A stretch of 64,000 nucleotides of DNA from an uncultured Pseudomonadales bacterium. GTDB taxonomy: Bacteria; Patescibacteriota; Microgenomatia; UBA1400; UBA1449. Shown in pieces: positions 1 to 13,075 of the stretch (positions are counted from its first letter, which is position 1; the number at the start of each line of letters is the position of its first letter). Made by a program: the position numbers and the translations under genes. The stretch covers positions 45,374 through 109,373 of the forward strand of contig CAYLQQ010000002.1 in NCBI GenBank assembly GCA_964386355.1, in the 5' to 3' direction. The notes beneath the pieces were generated by a model. That model was not told where the DNA came from. It did no database searches and was given only the letters and a program-made list of their open reading frames with translations.

Positions 1-465
1 TGCCCAAATAATGCCAACAATATCAAAACTCGTTGTTATGAAAGTGATCGCTTCAGTATGGACGGGATGGACTGCAAATATAAGCCCAGTAAATAGTGCT
101 AGAACCTTGTCATTTGTAAGCTGCAATGCAAGTTTATATACAAGCCATGTACAGATAAAATGGATAAAAATGGCAAATACATGGTAATAAATAACGTTTT
201 GGCCAAATATATACTGAGTGCCTGCATAATATACGCTTCTTAGGGGCCTATAGGTTCCAACATGAGCTTTAGGTACCTGTCCAAGCATGAGTGATTTGAT
301 ATCTGCAGGCGGTTTGATTTCCTTCCAGTCAATTATAAAATCAGGATCATCTCCCACAAAGCCATTTAAAAACGTATTGCTATACGGTATACATACTGCA
401 ACTAAAAGAACCAAGAATGCGTTACCCACAAACTTGCGGAAACGTGTGTAAAATGCAGTTTTCAT
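1..465 (-). CDS. GT-C fold membrane glycosyltransferase (PMT_2/ArnT-like), N-terminal 155 aa only; the gene continues past the window start
   Basis: Reverse-strand ATG at 465-463 (ATGA overlap with the stop of the upstream CAP-domain gene). Translation MKTAFYTRFRKFVGNAFLVLLVAVCIPYSNTF...DDPDFIIDW...YRPLRSVLYAGTQYIFGQNVIYYHVFAIFIHFICTWLVYKLA has a TM helix, an Asp-rich first loop, then an xRPL...HxxN block as I recall for family-39/83 GT-C enzymes. Confidence 0.5.
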   Translation of the reverse strand, partial: MKTAFYTRFRKFVGNAFLVLLVAVCIPYSNTFLNGFVGDDPDFIIDWKEIKPPADIKSLMLGQVPKAHVGTYRPLRSVYYAGTQYIFGQNVIYYHVFAIFIHFICTWLVYKLALQLTNDKVLALFTGLIFAVHPVHTEAITFITTSFDIVGIIWA

Positions 466-1250
466 ACGATTGGAAACGAGTTTGTGGTTATGGCGTACAG
501 GGTGCAGCTACTTATCAATAATATCATATTTAGCCAGTACCTCTTTACAAACAAAGAAAAACGCATTTTGTAGATCTGTTTTTTTATATCAAATACAAGC
601 ATGATGATAACTAAGCCGATAATTACCCCAAGTACTAACTTAGTAGAGTTGAAATAATTACTTGAAACATTTGATACAGGGGGATATGTTTGAGATGTTT
701 GATTTACAATGACTGCTTGTTGTGAATTGATCCAAGCTAGTTCTTCATCAGAAAATGGCGTAGCATAAAGCATGACTACAAGTATGCTACTTTTTCCATT
801 GATATTTCCCTGTATTGTCGCAATACCAGCTTGGGTAAACTTATCGTTTAAAATATTTGCTCTATGTCCAGGAGATTGCATCCAGGCTGTGACAAGGTCT
901 TCTTCCTTATAATAGTCTTTTCCCAGATTTTCACCCGCGTATTTATATACGTATCCTGCTTTTGTGATAAACTGCCAGGGTGTCTGACTGTTGGGAGATA
1001 AGTGGTCCCAATAATTGTTCTGTATCATGTCATTGGCTTTTAGTAGAGCAGCCTGATTAAGCTTGTTGTCGATTTGGAAATTTTGAAGATTGTACTGAGT
1101 ACGCTGTTGGTTCACAAGTTCGACTATTTGTGATGACTCAAGATTGAGAGCAATACCTAATACCGGCGAGTATGAACCAACTGATCTTGAGTATAAAAAA
1201 ATCTGCACGGTAATAATGAATAATAGGCATATATTACAGAGCTTTGGCAT
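462..1250 (-). CDS. CAP/SCP (YkwD-like) domain protein, membrane anchored
   Basis: YWDHLSPNSQTPWQFITKAGYVYKYAGENLGKDYYKEEDLVTAWMQSPGHRANILNDKFTQAGIA is a CAP/SCP core. The tracked ORF begins at a TTG (1349) that sits 3 nt from the divergent start at 1353. The internal ATG at 1250 gives a clean signal-anchor (MPKLCNICLLFIITVQIFL); the ATG at 1310 is an alternative. There is a C-terminal TM as well. Confidence 0.6.
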   Translation of the reverse strand: MPKLCNICLLFIITVQIFLYSRSVGSYSPVLGIALNLESSQIVELVNQQRTQYNLQNFQIDNKLNQAALLKANDMIQNNYWDHLSPNSQTPWQFITKAGYVYKYAGENLGKDYYKEEDLVTAWMQSPGHRANILNDKFTQAGIATIQGNINGKSSILVVMLYATPFSDEELAWINSQQAVIVNQTSQTYPPVSNVSSNYFNSTKLVLGVIIGLVIIMLVFDIKKQIYKMRFSLFVKRYWLNMILLISSCTLYAITTNSFPIV

Positions 1251-1352
1251 GCTATGGTATTTATTGAAGCTATCTATTAGCTTTGGTATAGTAAACTTAA
1301 ATTTGTTCATAGCAACTACTATTAAACTGCAGCAAAGTAAAATTAGCAAATT

Positions 1353-1886
1353 ATGGAATCTGACTTTTTGGACAAGCTACTTATTGTGCTCCTGATAACT
1401 ATACTACCTGTTAGCTTTTTTATTGCCTCCAATGCTCAAAAAAAATATGAATTAGAGCAAAAAGCACAAATCGAAAAAGAACAAGTGGCAAAAGTAACAC
1501 AAACAGTTGAACAGCTACGGGCGCGTGATGCTATTTCAATGCCTGAGATAGAAATAGATCAGGTATATTATGCTACTGAATCGAGTAAATTGGTCGTTAC
1601 GGGAAGAGCACCAAAGAAAAATACAGTGGTTATGGTATCAACTGTTTTTTTACAAGGATTAAAGGATGATAAGGAGGCAAGTGCATCGGTAAAAACAAAA
1701 TCAACACCGAATGTTCTGGGACAAGCAGTTGATGTTGTGGCTATTGAAACGGATGCAAATGGTGACTTTACGTTTGTAAAAAAAGTTGACGAAGAACAAG
1801 CGGGACTAGTTGATGTGCGTTTTGATCAAGATAAAAGTAGTGCTTCAGTCCAGTATGATATAAATACACAAAAGCAGGTATTTTAA
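1353..1886 (+). CDS. hypothetical membrane-anchored protein
   Basis: ATG start, one N-terminal TM (LLIVLLITILPVSFFIA), then Lys/Glu-rich helix and a beta-rich C-terminal part. No recognisable motif. Confidence 0.4.
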   Translation: MESDFLDKLLIVLLITILPVSFFIASNAQKKYELEQKAQIEKEQVAKVTQTVEQLRARDAISMPEIEIDQVYYATESSKLVVTGRAPKKNTVVMVSTVFLQGLKDDKEASASVKTKSTPNVLGQAVDVVAIETDANGDFTFVKKVDEEQAGLVDVRFDQDKSSASVQYDINTQKQVF

Positions 1887-1894
1887 AAGGAGTA

Positions 1895-4150
1895 TCAATA
1901 CTCCGGAAGGATATTATAAACAATTGTTCCCTCGTATAGATCAGATGGCTGAAGATAATTTACCTCTATTGCATAGCTTACATAAACCGTTTTTTCTTCA
2001 GCTTCTTGTGAGGACATGACGCTGTGTGAGATGGTGCTTAAAGGACCAAATTTTGCTGATGCATTTGACCACCCCTCCACTCTTGTATCAGATGTATTTA
2101 CGCCCACCCAGCCCGTATTAACGTTCCGTACTATGCCATTTGGTGCTGACCATATTTGTGGGGTTTGCCATGTGACAGAAGTTGCGGCAAATTCATCAAT
2201 ATTATTATCGGGGTAGTTCCCCTGCATTTGATTATACAGTTTGACGCTAACATCATAGCCATAGTCTGTATTGCTGTTTACCGTCAGCTTGTGAGATCCG
2301 AACTTCGGTACGCCAACACTGAGATTACCGAATGGAAGGGTAGTGTGGGTTGTGTTTATATTTGTTGTAATTCCGTTGTTTGAAGTTCCTGTAGGTACAC
2401 CTTCGATAGCAAAAGATAAGCTAGGAGTAGCTCGATGGTATATATCAAATGTTTGTCCATCACTTTGTACTGCTGAAAATGATTGTAGAAGCAAGAGATC
2501 TGAATATATGGTTTGCTCAATGGGGTATGTTGTATAGTCGCCTGCGGTTTTATTGATTCGGATGTAGTACAGAGGATGTCCACCATTTACGGTTGATTTA
2601 GTCCATTCATTCGGAACAGTATAGTACACATTTCCAGCACTTGTAAATGTGCTAGCTCCTGAGTTGCTATTAGATATTGCAAGGGTAGACCAGGTATCAC
2701 AAGGAGTATTGATATCCAAGTTTGAGCCGCAGTAAGACCAAACGGTTATAATACCAGAACCTGCACCTTTGGTTTGTAGTTGGGTATTTACACCGCTAAA
2801 CTGCGTGTGATTACCCAGGTAAAGGTAATCATTAGAATTGTCAAAAATCTGGTAGCTGCCCTGATCAAAACTGGCATTATCTTGACTATCAGCCAAGTAC
2901 TCATTTGTATCAGATGCCAAGCCACCTCTTGCCAGCTGTTTCCAGGTGTTTGAGCTGTCATAAAACCAAGCTTGTGAAAATGGTATTAAATTGGCATTAT
3001 AATCTGTATTGATCGTACGGTTTGTGCCTTCGATAGAGAAATTGGTTGGTACATTGCTTGTGCGCCAGTTTCTAAATTTGAATATAGGGGCATATCTTGA
3101 GTACGTTTCCCCATCCAAATTAAAAGAAATTATATTGTTTGAAGTTATTAGCGGGTAACTGTTTTGGGTTTGGTTAAAGTAGTCGCTTTCTCCTGTATTG
3201 GTAAACTCACTAGCAGAACTCCAGGCTGAACCTACAGATATTTTGCCAAATAAGCTGTCTGGTTGCCATAAATCTACAGCATAGCTTTTTGCTTCATTAC
3301 CGCTTAAGCTATTATCGTCAGTAATCTGAAAAACATAAGTATACGTATATGACTGTCCTCCAGAAAGACTATCATCAGTAATCAAACCGGCTGTAATTAC
3401 ATTTTCATCATTCTGGTATAAAAATTCATTATTTGGGAAAAAGCTGGGTACTTCTAGGGCATGTATCATGTAATCATTATCAGTACCGGTAGCTGGGTCA
3501 GAACCGGTGAGTGTTAGGCTAATCCCAGGAGCTGTGTATGTAATGTCAGCCACGCTCTGAATAGCTGCGCTTGGTGTGACGGTACCAGGAGCTGTATCAT
3601 GATCAGAAATAAAAGCATTTTCATCAAATAAGCTTGGTGCAAACGAAATGTAAGGTCCAGTCATTCCAGTACCAGCTGTGGATGAGCTAAAGGCACCATG
3701 CACCACAATCCTATCGGGATATATGGTATAGATTTGGGTATATTCTCCATCATTACTAGAACCGCAAGCTCCGTCTGTAAAATCATAGAGATCCCCGCTT
3801 ACTGAGATGACAATTCTTGTTTGAGTAGATTCCAAAAGGTGTATTGAAGCATTACTTTCACAAAACATGCTGTTTGTATCTCGTGTGACTAAACCCATTC
3901 CATATAACCGATTTGAAGTGCTACTAGTATCGATAATATTAGTGCTGCTTGAGCTGGGAATAACTAAGCTCGATAGTACTCCCCCGAGATCGCTCCTAAA
4001 CGTTGCTTTCCAGCTCGGGGTGGAATTACTGTTAACAACAATTGTGGTTGCAGTTATAGAGTCTACGCTCACTGATGCGGCATATACTTGTTGAGTGCAG
4101 GTCAGAAAGGTGAACGATATGAGAAATAGAAAGATACATGTTAATCGCAT
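1895..4150 (-). CDS. large secreted Ser/Thr/Asn-rich surface protein (751 aa) with a C-terminal domain shared with the downstream paralog
   Basis: Signal peptide MRLTCIFLFLISFTFLTCTQQVYA; very high S/T/N/G content. C-terminal ~140 aa (LPFGNLSVGVPKFGSHKLTVNSN...NTGWVGVNTSD...VYVSYAIEVNYLQPSDLYEGTIVYNILPEY) aligns with the C-terminus of the 369-aa protein at 4229-5338. Confidence 0.6.
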   Translation of the reverse strand: MRLTCIFLFLISFTFLTCTQQVYAASVSVDSITATTIVVNSNSTPSWKATFRSDLGGVLSSLVIPSSSSTNIIDTSSTSNRLYGMGLVTRDTNSMFCESNASIHLLESTQTRIVISVSGDLYDFTDGACGSSNDGEYTQIYTIYPDRIVVHGAFSSSTAGTGMTGPYISFAPSLFDENAFISDHDTAPGTVTPSAAIQSVADITYTAPGISLTLTGSDPATGTDNDYMIHALEVPSFFPNNEFLYQNDENVITAGLITDDSLSGGQSYTYTYVFQITDDNSLSGNEAKSYAVDLWQPDSLFGKISVGSAWSSASEFTNTGESDYFNQTQNSYPLITSNNIISFNLDGETYSRYAPIFKFRNWRTSNVPTNFSIEGTNRTINTDYNANLIPFSQAWFYDSSNTWKQLARGGLASDTNEYLADSQDNASFDQGSYQIFDNSNDYLYLGNHTQFSGVNTQLQTKGAGSGIITVWSYCGSNLDINTPCDTWSTLAISNSNSGASTFTSAGNVYYTVPNEWTKSTVNGGHPLYYIRINKTAGDYTTYPIEQTIYSDLLLLQSFSAVQSDGQTFDIYHRATPSLSFAIEGVPTGTSNNGITTNINTTHTTLPFGNLSVGVPKFGSHKLTVNSNTDYGYDVSVKLYNQMQGNYPDNNIDEFAATSVTWQTPQIWSAPNGIVRNVNTGWVGVNTSDTRVEGWSNASAKFGPLSTISHSVMSSQEAEEKTVYVSYAIEVNYLQPSDLYEGTIVYNILPEY

Positions 4151-4228
4151 ACAATGATGATAACAAAGCTAATCTAAAAAAACACCCTCTCGTTGAGAGG
4201 GTGTTTATCTAATCCGTTCTAGAAATGT

Positions 4229-5338
4229 TTAGTAGGTAGGCAAGGCGTTGTAGTACAGTATTCCTGTGTAGGTATCAGCTGGCTGATACACATTTACCTC
4301 TAATGCATAACTGACATAATCAGAAGCACCTCCGTTATCTGAGACTAAACTCTTCATAACAGTTGATTCAGTAAGATCCGAAACTCCTGCAAATTGTGCA
4401 GTATCGTCTCCAGTCCAGTTTTCTACTTCATTATCTGATGTGTTGTATCCTACCCATCCAGTGTTTGTGTTAGCAGCATTACCAGTAGGTTCAGCCCAAA
4501 CTGAGTGGCTTCCAACGTGTGGGAACGGGTCAATATTGTTGGCACTATATACTCCGGTCATGGGAGTAACCATCTTAATAGATACTGTATAACCAGCCTG
4601 TGTGTTTGTGGTCACGGTCAGTTTATGAGCAGCATATTTGGGTGTGCCTGCAGTCAAAGCTCCAAATGGCAGAGTATTATAAGAGGATGACACTGACGTT
4701 GTAACGCCATTATGTGCCTCATTATTTGTCACACCATCCACAACAAATGTGAAGGTAGCATCGACACGGGCAGTCACGCTAACTTGCTCAACAAAAGTGA
4801 TTGATGCAACAGCAGAATCTATAAGATTATTGGCATCAGTGCTTGCATCACTATATGTACCTACTTTTACGTAACATGTGCCGGTTGATGAGTTACCAAC
4901 TGCATTACATCCTGAAATAGCAGGATTGGTAATGTTATTGATTGTAAAAGAAAATAATTGGCCACCTACTCCGAATGTTTGACCAGTAGAGTTAAGTTGA
5001 AAATAGTTTGACCCAGCAGAGCCACCTAAAGACCAAGTACCATCTATTCCGACGGGACTTACTAAAGCGTTAGTTGAAACTCCTGCTAAACCTAGACCGG
5101 TTGGTATAGTACAAGCTCCTCCCCACGTAGGTTCCTTACAGTAGGTAACTGTTATATTTTTGTAAGTTCCTGCAGTACTTGTAGTAAATTCAAATACATG
5201 ACTAGTCGAAACAGCAGGGCGTGGATCTGATAGTTTTGCTTTAAAACTTCGTAAAATACTTGCAGCACCCACCGGACGGACTAATAAAAGTCCTAAAACG
5301 AGTGCCCCAAAAAATGATAATAAGCGGGCAGTTTTCAT
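4229..5338 (-). CDS. secreted protein (369 aa), paralog of the C-terminal domain of the upstream 751-aa protein
   Basis: Signal peptide MKTARLLSFFGALVLGLLLVRPVGA; C-terminal LPFGALTAGTPKYAAHKLTVTTN...NTGWVGYNTSD...YVSYALEVNVYQPADTYTGILYYNALPTY matches the neighbour block for block. Confidence 0.6.
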   Translation of the reverse strand: MKTARLLSFFGALVLGLLLVRPVGAASILRSFKAKLSDPRPAVSTSHVFEFTTSTAGTYKNITVTYCKEPTWGGACTIPTGLGLAGVSTNALVSPVGIDGTWSLGGSAGSNYFQLNSTGQTFGVGGQLFSFTINNITNPAISGCNAVGNSSTGTCYVKVGTYSDASTDANNLIDSAVASITFVEQVSVTARVDATFTFVVDGVTNNEAHNGVTTSVSSSYNTLPFGALTAGTPKYAAHKLTVTTNTQAGYTVSIKMVTPMTGVYSANNIDPFPHVGSHSVWAEPTGNAANTNTGWVGYNTSDNEVENWTGDDTAQFAGVSDLTESTVMKSLVSDNGGASDYVSYALEVNVYQPADTYTGILYYNALPTY

Positions 5339-5482
5339 ATGTTCACCTCCCCTCTCAAACGGTCTATAAAAGTATACCGTTTAAGCAAATTAATAGTATG
5401 TATCCATGTTAGTAAGTTTGATGAGCTGTTGTCAAGAGGGTAATTGAGGAGTTATCTATAGTCGCTGATAAGACCGAGCTAA

Positions 5483-7180
5483 ATGATAGAAGATATTAAA
5501 ATTGTATCAGGATCAAGTATCATTTATACTCAGAGCATGGTACTTTCTGACGATGCATTACTAGAACAGTCACTCCAGGATATTGGGATTAAATCTTACA
5601 AGGATCCCTTTGGTATGCCTGACACGTTTATATATGATCCCATAAAACCCATACAAGAAAAAGAAGGCAGCAAACGGCAAGTCCGCTTTACCCAACTGCT
5701 GAACTATTCGTTTCCAGAAGAGATAGAAGGTGGAGTAGCCGAGGTAGGGGAGGTGATATATATCGGCGATGGGGTGTGCCGGGTGGTCGGCTTATCGAAA
5801 GCTGAAATCGAAGATGTAATCAATGTTAAAACAGGTAAGGGTTGGGAAAAGGCACTCATCTTAGGTATAGAAGATACCCATATTGAGTCAGTTGTTCTTG
5901 GAGATTATTCAAATATCAAACAGGGCGACCAGGTAATCGCAACTAACTCAAGGTTAAAAGTGCCTGTTGGTAAAACTCTGTATGGCCGGGTAATTAGTCC
6001 TCTCGGAGTGCCTATAGATGGTAAGGGCAAGATTGAACCCGAAACGTACCGGGATGTGGAATTTCCAGCCCCATCAGTTATGGAGCGTGAGCCCATTTTT
6101 GAACCCCTAAAAACAGGTGAGATGGTTATAGATGCTACGATCCCTATCGGTTTAGGCCAGAGAGAATTGGTGATAGGAGACCGAAAAAGCGGGAAGAGCA
6201 GGTTTGCTATCGACATCATTTCAAACCAAAAAGGCAGAAACATGATCTGTGTATATGTTGGAGTTGGAATGCAGGCTGCTAAGGCAAAGGCTACGCTTGA
6301 GCTTTTGGAATCTAGAGAGGCCATGGATTACACCATCATGGTTGTATCTACTTCTGATGATCCTCCGTCACTACAGTACATCTCTCCATATGTAGGTACT
6401 GCCATAGCGGAGCATTTTATGTATGCAGGCAAAAATGTCTTGATTATTTATGATGATCTATCAAAACAAGCAAAAGCTTATCGGCAGGTTTCATTGCTGT
6501 TGAAACGCTCGCCAGGTCGAGATGCATATCCTGGTGATATCTTCTTTTTACATTCCAGGCTACTTGAACGCTCATCAAAAATGCATCGCAAGCTGGGAGG
6601 AGGTGCCATTACTGCCCTACCCATTGCCGAAACCCAGTCCGGTGATATATCTGATTACATCATCACCAATCTCATGTCTATTACAGATGGGCACATTTAT
6701 CTGGATGCAAATATGATGCATGAGGGAATTTTACCGGCAGTAAACTCACAAGCCTCAGTTTCCCGTATCGGGAGTAAGGTCCAGTCAAGTTTGCTAAAAA
6801 AGGTAGGAGAGCTTGCTTCGAGAGCTCTAGCCCGGTATGCAGAGTTAAAATCATTTGAAACGATTAACACCGAAGTTGCAGAGGAAACACTTCGGGATAT
6901 ACGGAGAGGCAAAAAAGTAAAGGAAATGTTAGCTCAAGTATCATCAGTAAATTATTCTACAGATGAGATAGTAGTTTTGCTCCATTTAGTAACTTCAGAT
7001 AAGCTGGAGATGATCGATCTTACAGACCTGTCTAAGTTTAAGCTGGAATTCCTGGAATACTATAGAAAAATTGTGACTCCTGAATTTAGAGGTAAATGTG
7101 AATCGTCAAAAGACCTCAAAGATATCGATGGGGAAGTGTCTGTTATGCTGGATAGGTTTTTAAAGCAACGTACAAGTTAG
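5483..7180 (+). CDS. atpA: F-type ATPase alpha subunit, with about 45-65 aa N-terminal extension
   Basis: P-loop GDRKSGKS, then DDLSKQAKAYRQVSLLLKRSPGRDAYPGDIFFLHSRLLERS, typical of alpha. The N-terminal beta-barrel core starts at EVGEVIYIGDGVCRVVGL, after extra N-terminal residues. Confidence 0.9.
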   Translation: MIEDIKIVSGSSIIYTQSMVLSDDALLEQSLQDIGIKSYKDPFGMPDTFIYDPIKPIQEKEGSKRQVRFTQLLNYSFPEEIEGGVAEVGEVIYIGDGVCRVVGLSKAEIEDVINVKTGKGWEKALILGIEDTHIESVVLGDYSNIKQGDQVIATNSRLKVPVGKTLYGRVISPLGVPIDGKGKIEPETYRDVEFPAPSVMEREPIFEPLKTGEMVIDATIPIGLGQRELVIGDRKSGKSRFAIDIISNQKGRNMICVYVGVGMQAAKAKATLELLESREAMDYTIMVVSTSDDPPSLQYISPYVGTAIAEHFMYAGKNVLIIYDDLSKQAKAYRQVSLLLKRSPGRDAYPGDIFFLHSRLLERSSKMHRKLGGGAITALPIAETQSGDISDYIITNLMSITDGHIYLDANMMHEGILPAVNSQASVSRIGSKVQSSLLKKVGELASRALARYAELKSFETINTEVAEETLRDIRRGKKVKEMLAQVSSVNYSTDEIVVLLHLVTSDKLEMIDLTDLSKFKLEFLEYYRKIVTPEFRGKCESSKDLKDIDGEVSVMLDRFLKQRTS

Positions 7181-7273
7181 TTCAAAGTACAAAATACATC
7201 AATATCTTCAATTATTAGTGGAAATTATTATTTTTATCGCAAACTTATAAAGCATTATTGACAAAAATAACGT

Positions 7274-8158
7274 ATGGCCAAAATAAATGAAATAAAGGAG
7301 CAGCAAATTGTGGTATCTGCAGTAGGAGAATTTTCAAATTCTTTGCAGCAGATAGCGACCATGCGGATGGTATCGTTGCGGAAAGTGGTTTTAGCAAGCC
7401 GGCGTTTTGTGGATGAAGCTACAGTTATCTTACGCGATTTAAAACGCGAACGGCAAGCACAGCTTATTGGAAAGCTAAAGAAAATAGATAAACGCTTTGC
7501 CAAACGGAGAACTCAGCGGGAAGCGATTATTGTTTTATCTTCCTACCAAGGGTTGTGTGGTTCTTATAATGTAGAAATATTTAACCGAATTGATAAGGTA
7601 CTTCCTGTACATCTAGAAGCTGATTATTTTGTTATTGGTTCAAAAGGTCAGGATTATTTTCGCAGGTTACTGCGTAAACATCCGAAACTCAATTTTTACC
7701 CCTATGATATTCCAGAGAGTGTTGGGATAGAGCACTTGCGCCGGCTTATAAATATGTTTCCTTACTATGATCATATTCACCTTATTTATTCCAAGTATGT
7801 GAATACAACTACCAGAGATGTTGTTTTTCTTGAATTAGTTGAACCTGCCTTTGAGGAGGATGAAAAGAAAGAAGAGCCAGAAAAAGAAGATAATAAAGGC
7901 GCATATATTTTTGAACCAGACCTTGAAGAACTTATTGAAAATGTAGCTAACAAATTACGGTATGCCCTTTTTCGGCAGCAAATATTGGATTCAAAACTAT
8001 CACTGTACAGTTCTCAAATGGTTGCTATGCAAAATGCGACGGATAATGCAAAGACACTTCTCAAAGACCTACAAATGGAATATAACAAAGCCCGTCGTAA
8101 GAATATTGATAAAAAAATACAAGAAGTCCAAGCAGGCCGAGCCCTGTGGGCAAATTAG
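7274..8158 (+). CDS. atpG: F-type ATPase gamma subunit
   Basis: N-terminal helix pattern IATMRMVSLRKVVLASRRF and C-terminal LQMEYNKARRKNIDKKIQEVQAG match the gamma termini; 294 aa. Confidence 0.75.
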   Translation: MAKINEIKEQQIVVSAVGEFSNSLQQIATMRMVSLRKVVLASRRFVDEATVILRDLKRERQAQLIGKLKKIDKRFAKRRTQREAIIVLSSYQGLCGSYNVEIFNRIDKVLPVHLEADYFVIGSKGQDYFRRLLRKHPKLNFYPYDIPESVGIEHLRRLINMFPYYDHIHLIYSKYVNTTTRDVVFLELVEPAFEEDEKKEEPEKEDNKGAYIFEPDLEELIENVANKLRYALFRQQILDSKLSLYSSQMVAMQNATDNAKTLLKDLQMEYNKARRKNIDKKIQEVQAGRALWAN

Positions 8159-8164
8159 CTATCC

Positions 8165-11973
<3,809 letters not shown>

Positions 11974-12062
11974 GTGCCAAAATGCAGTTTACCAATGAAA
12001 ACAGCAAGGCCGCATTAATTTAATTATATTACTGCTCTGCACAATCTTTTTCATTCTTATTT

Positions 12063-12323
12063 ATGGCAGAAAACAAACCACAAGTTCACGTGATTATTGT
12101 TGATCCTGATAAGGTAGTATATGAAGGTGATGCGTTACGAATATTTGTCCCAGGAAAGATCGCAGAGCTTGCTTTGTTACCTGAACATACTCCTTTGTAT
12201 AGCGAGCTTACCGCAGGTCCAGTTATTGTAGAGGAAGTATCAGGAGCAAAGCAGGAAATTAAAATAGACGGGGGAGTGGCAAAAATGCAAAATAATGAAC
12301 TGCATATATTAATTGGATACTAA
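12063..12323 (+). CDS. atpC: F-type ATPase epsilon subunit, short form (86 aa, N-terminal beta-sandwich only)
   Basis: VHVIIVDPDKVVYEGDALRIFVPGKIAELALLPEHTPLYSELTAGPVIVEE matches the epsilon N-domain. The ORF stops after about 86 residues, so the C-terminal helical hairpin is absent. Confidence 0.75.
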   Translation: MAENKPQVHVIIVDPDKVVYEGDALRIFVPGKIAELALLPEHTPLYSELTAGPVIVEEVSGAKQEIKIDGGVAKMQNNELHILIGY

Positions 12324-12376
12324 TATTGGTTCATTTTAATTAATGACAATATTCAATTACTGACTATAATTTTGAT

Positions 12377-13018
12377 ATGAAAAAAATTACCTTACTTATA
12401 TTTGCTTCGGCAGTTCTTGTTTCTTGCACGTCATCAACAGATATAGCATCTATAGATAAAAAACTCGAGTCTTCTTCAAAATCACTTGGCAATGTCAATA
12501 TGGTAAACGATATTACTAATCAAAATCAGGTTAAAGGGGAGCAAACAGTTGCCGATGATTCGCAGGATATTGAACTTTCCAGAGATGACCAACGAGCTAT
12601 AGCCGAAAATGAAAAAAAAGGATCAGGGCAAGCAAAAACAGTAAAGCCAAGCAGCAAACCACAGACAAGCATGGACCCAATAGATAAAGATACAACTACA
12701 TTACAAGTTCAGGAAAAACAACCTGGAACAGGAGTTGAAGCAGTTGAGGGAAAAATGGTTTTGGTTCATTATGTAGGAAAACTTACAAACGGTTCAGAAT
12801 TTGACAATTCATACAAGCGCGGTCAACCGATCAGTTTTACATTAGGAGCTGGTCAAGTGATCCAAGGTTGGGATATTGGGATAGCTGGCATGAAAGTTGG
12901 CGGAAAACGACACTTGGTTATACCACCTCAACTTGCATATGGTAATAACTCACCAACTCCGGATATCCCCAATGGCGCAACACTTATATTTGACGTAGAG
13001 CTGGTTGATGTAAAATAA
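12377..13018 (+). CDS. FKBP-type peptidyl-prolyl isomerase, lipoprotein
   Basis: Lipobox LVSC after MKKITLLIFASAV; C-terminal FKBP fold GKMVLVHYVGKLTNGSEFDNSYKRGQPISFTLGAGQVIQGWDIGIAGMKVGGKRHLVIPPQLAYG. Confidence 0.85.
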   Translation: MKKITLLIFASAVLVSCTSSTDIASIDKKLESSSKSLGNVNMVNDITNQNQVKGEQTVADDSQDIELSRDDQRAIAENEKKGSGQAKTVKPSSKPQTSMDPIDKDTTTLQVQEKQPGTGVEAVEGKMVLVHYVGKLTNGSEFDNSYKRGQPISFTLGAGQVIQGWDIGIAGMKVGGKRHLVIPPQLAYGNNSPTPDIPNGATLIFDVELVDVK

Positions 13019-13075
13019 TACTCTTGCATTTTTTTTCACTTTGTTTTATATAGAAATTGTTTTAGGAGGGTATGT

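Noticed and set aside
1895-5338. Assigning the shared C-terminal domain of the two secreted proteins to the WxL or SCPU families
   Set aside because: The WxL motifs are not matched (WVG/TWQ instead of W-x-L), and I cannot verify SCPU similarity without a profile search; left as uncharacterised.
5339-5482. Hairpin AAACGGT...ACCGTTT and a TTGTCA-N17-TTATCT promoter candidate upstream of atpA
   Set aside because: The hairpin has no adjacent U-run in a sensible orientation, and the -10 is weak; not reported as features.
5905-6324. 139-aa antisense ORF inside atpA; similar antisense ORFs inside secD (36754-37140, 37137-37514), secF (35622-36086), the DUF3048 gene (38725-39168), Lon, and lysS
   Set aside because: All lie opposite strongly supported genes and have no motifs; treated as frame-shadow ORFs.
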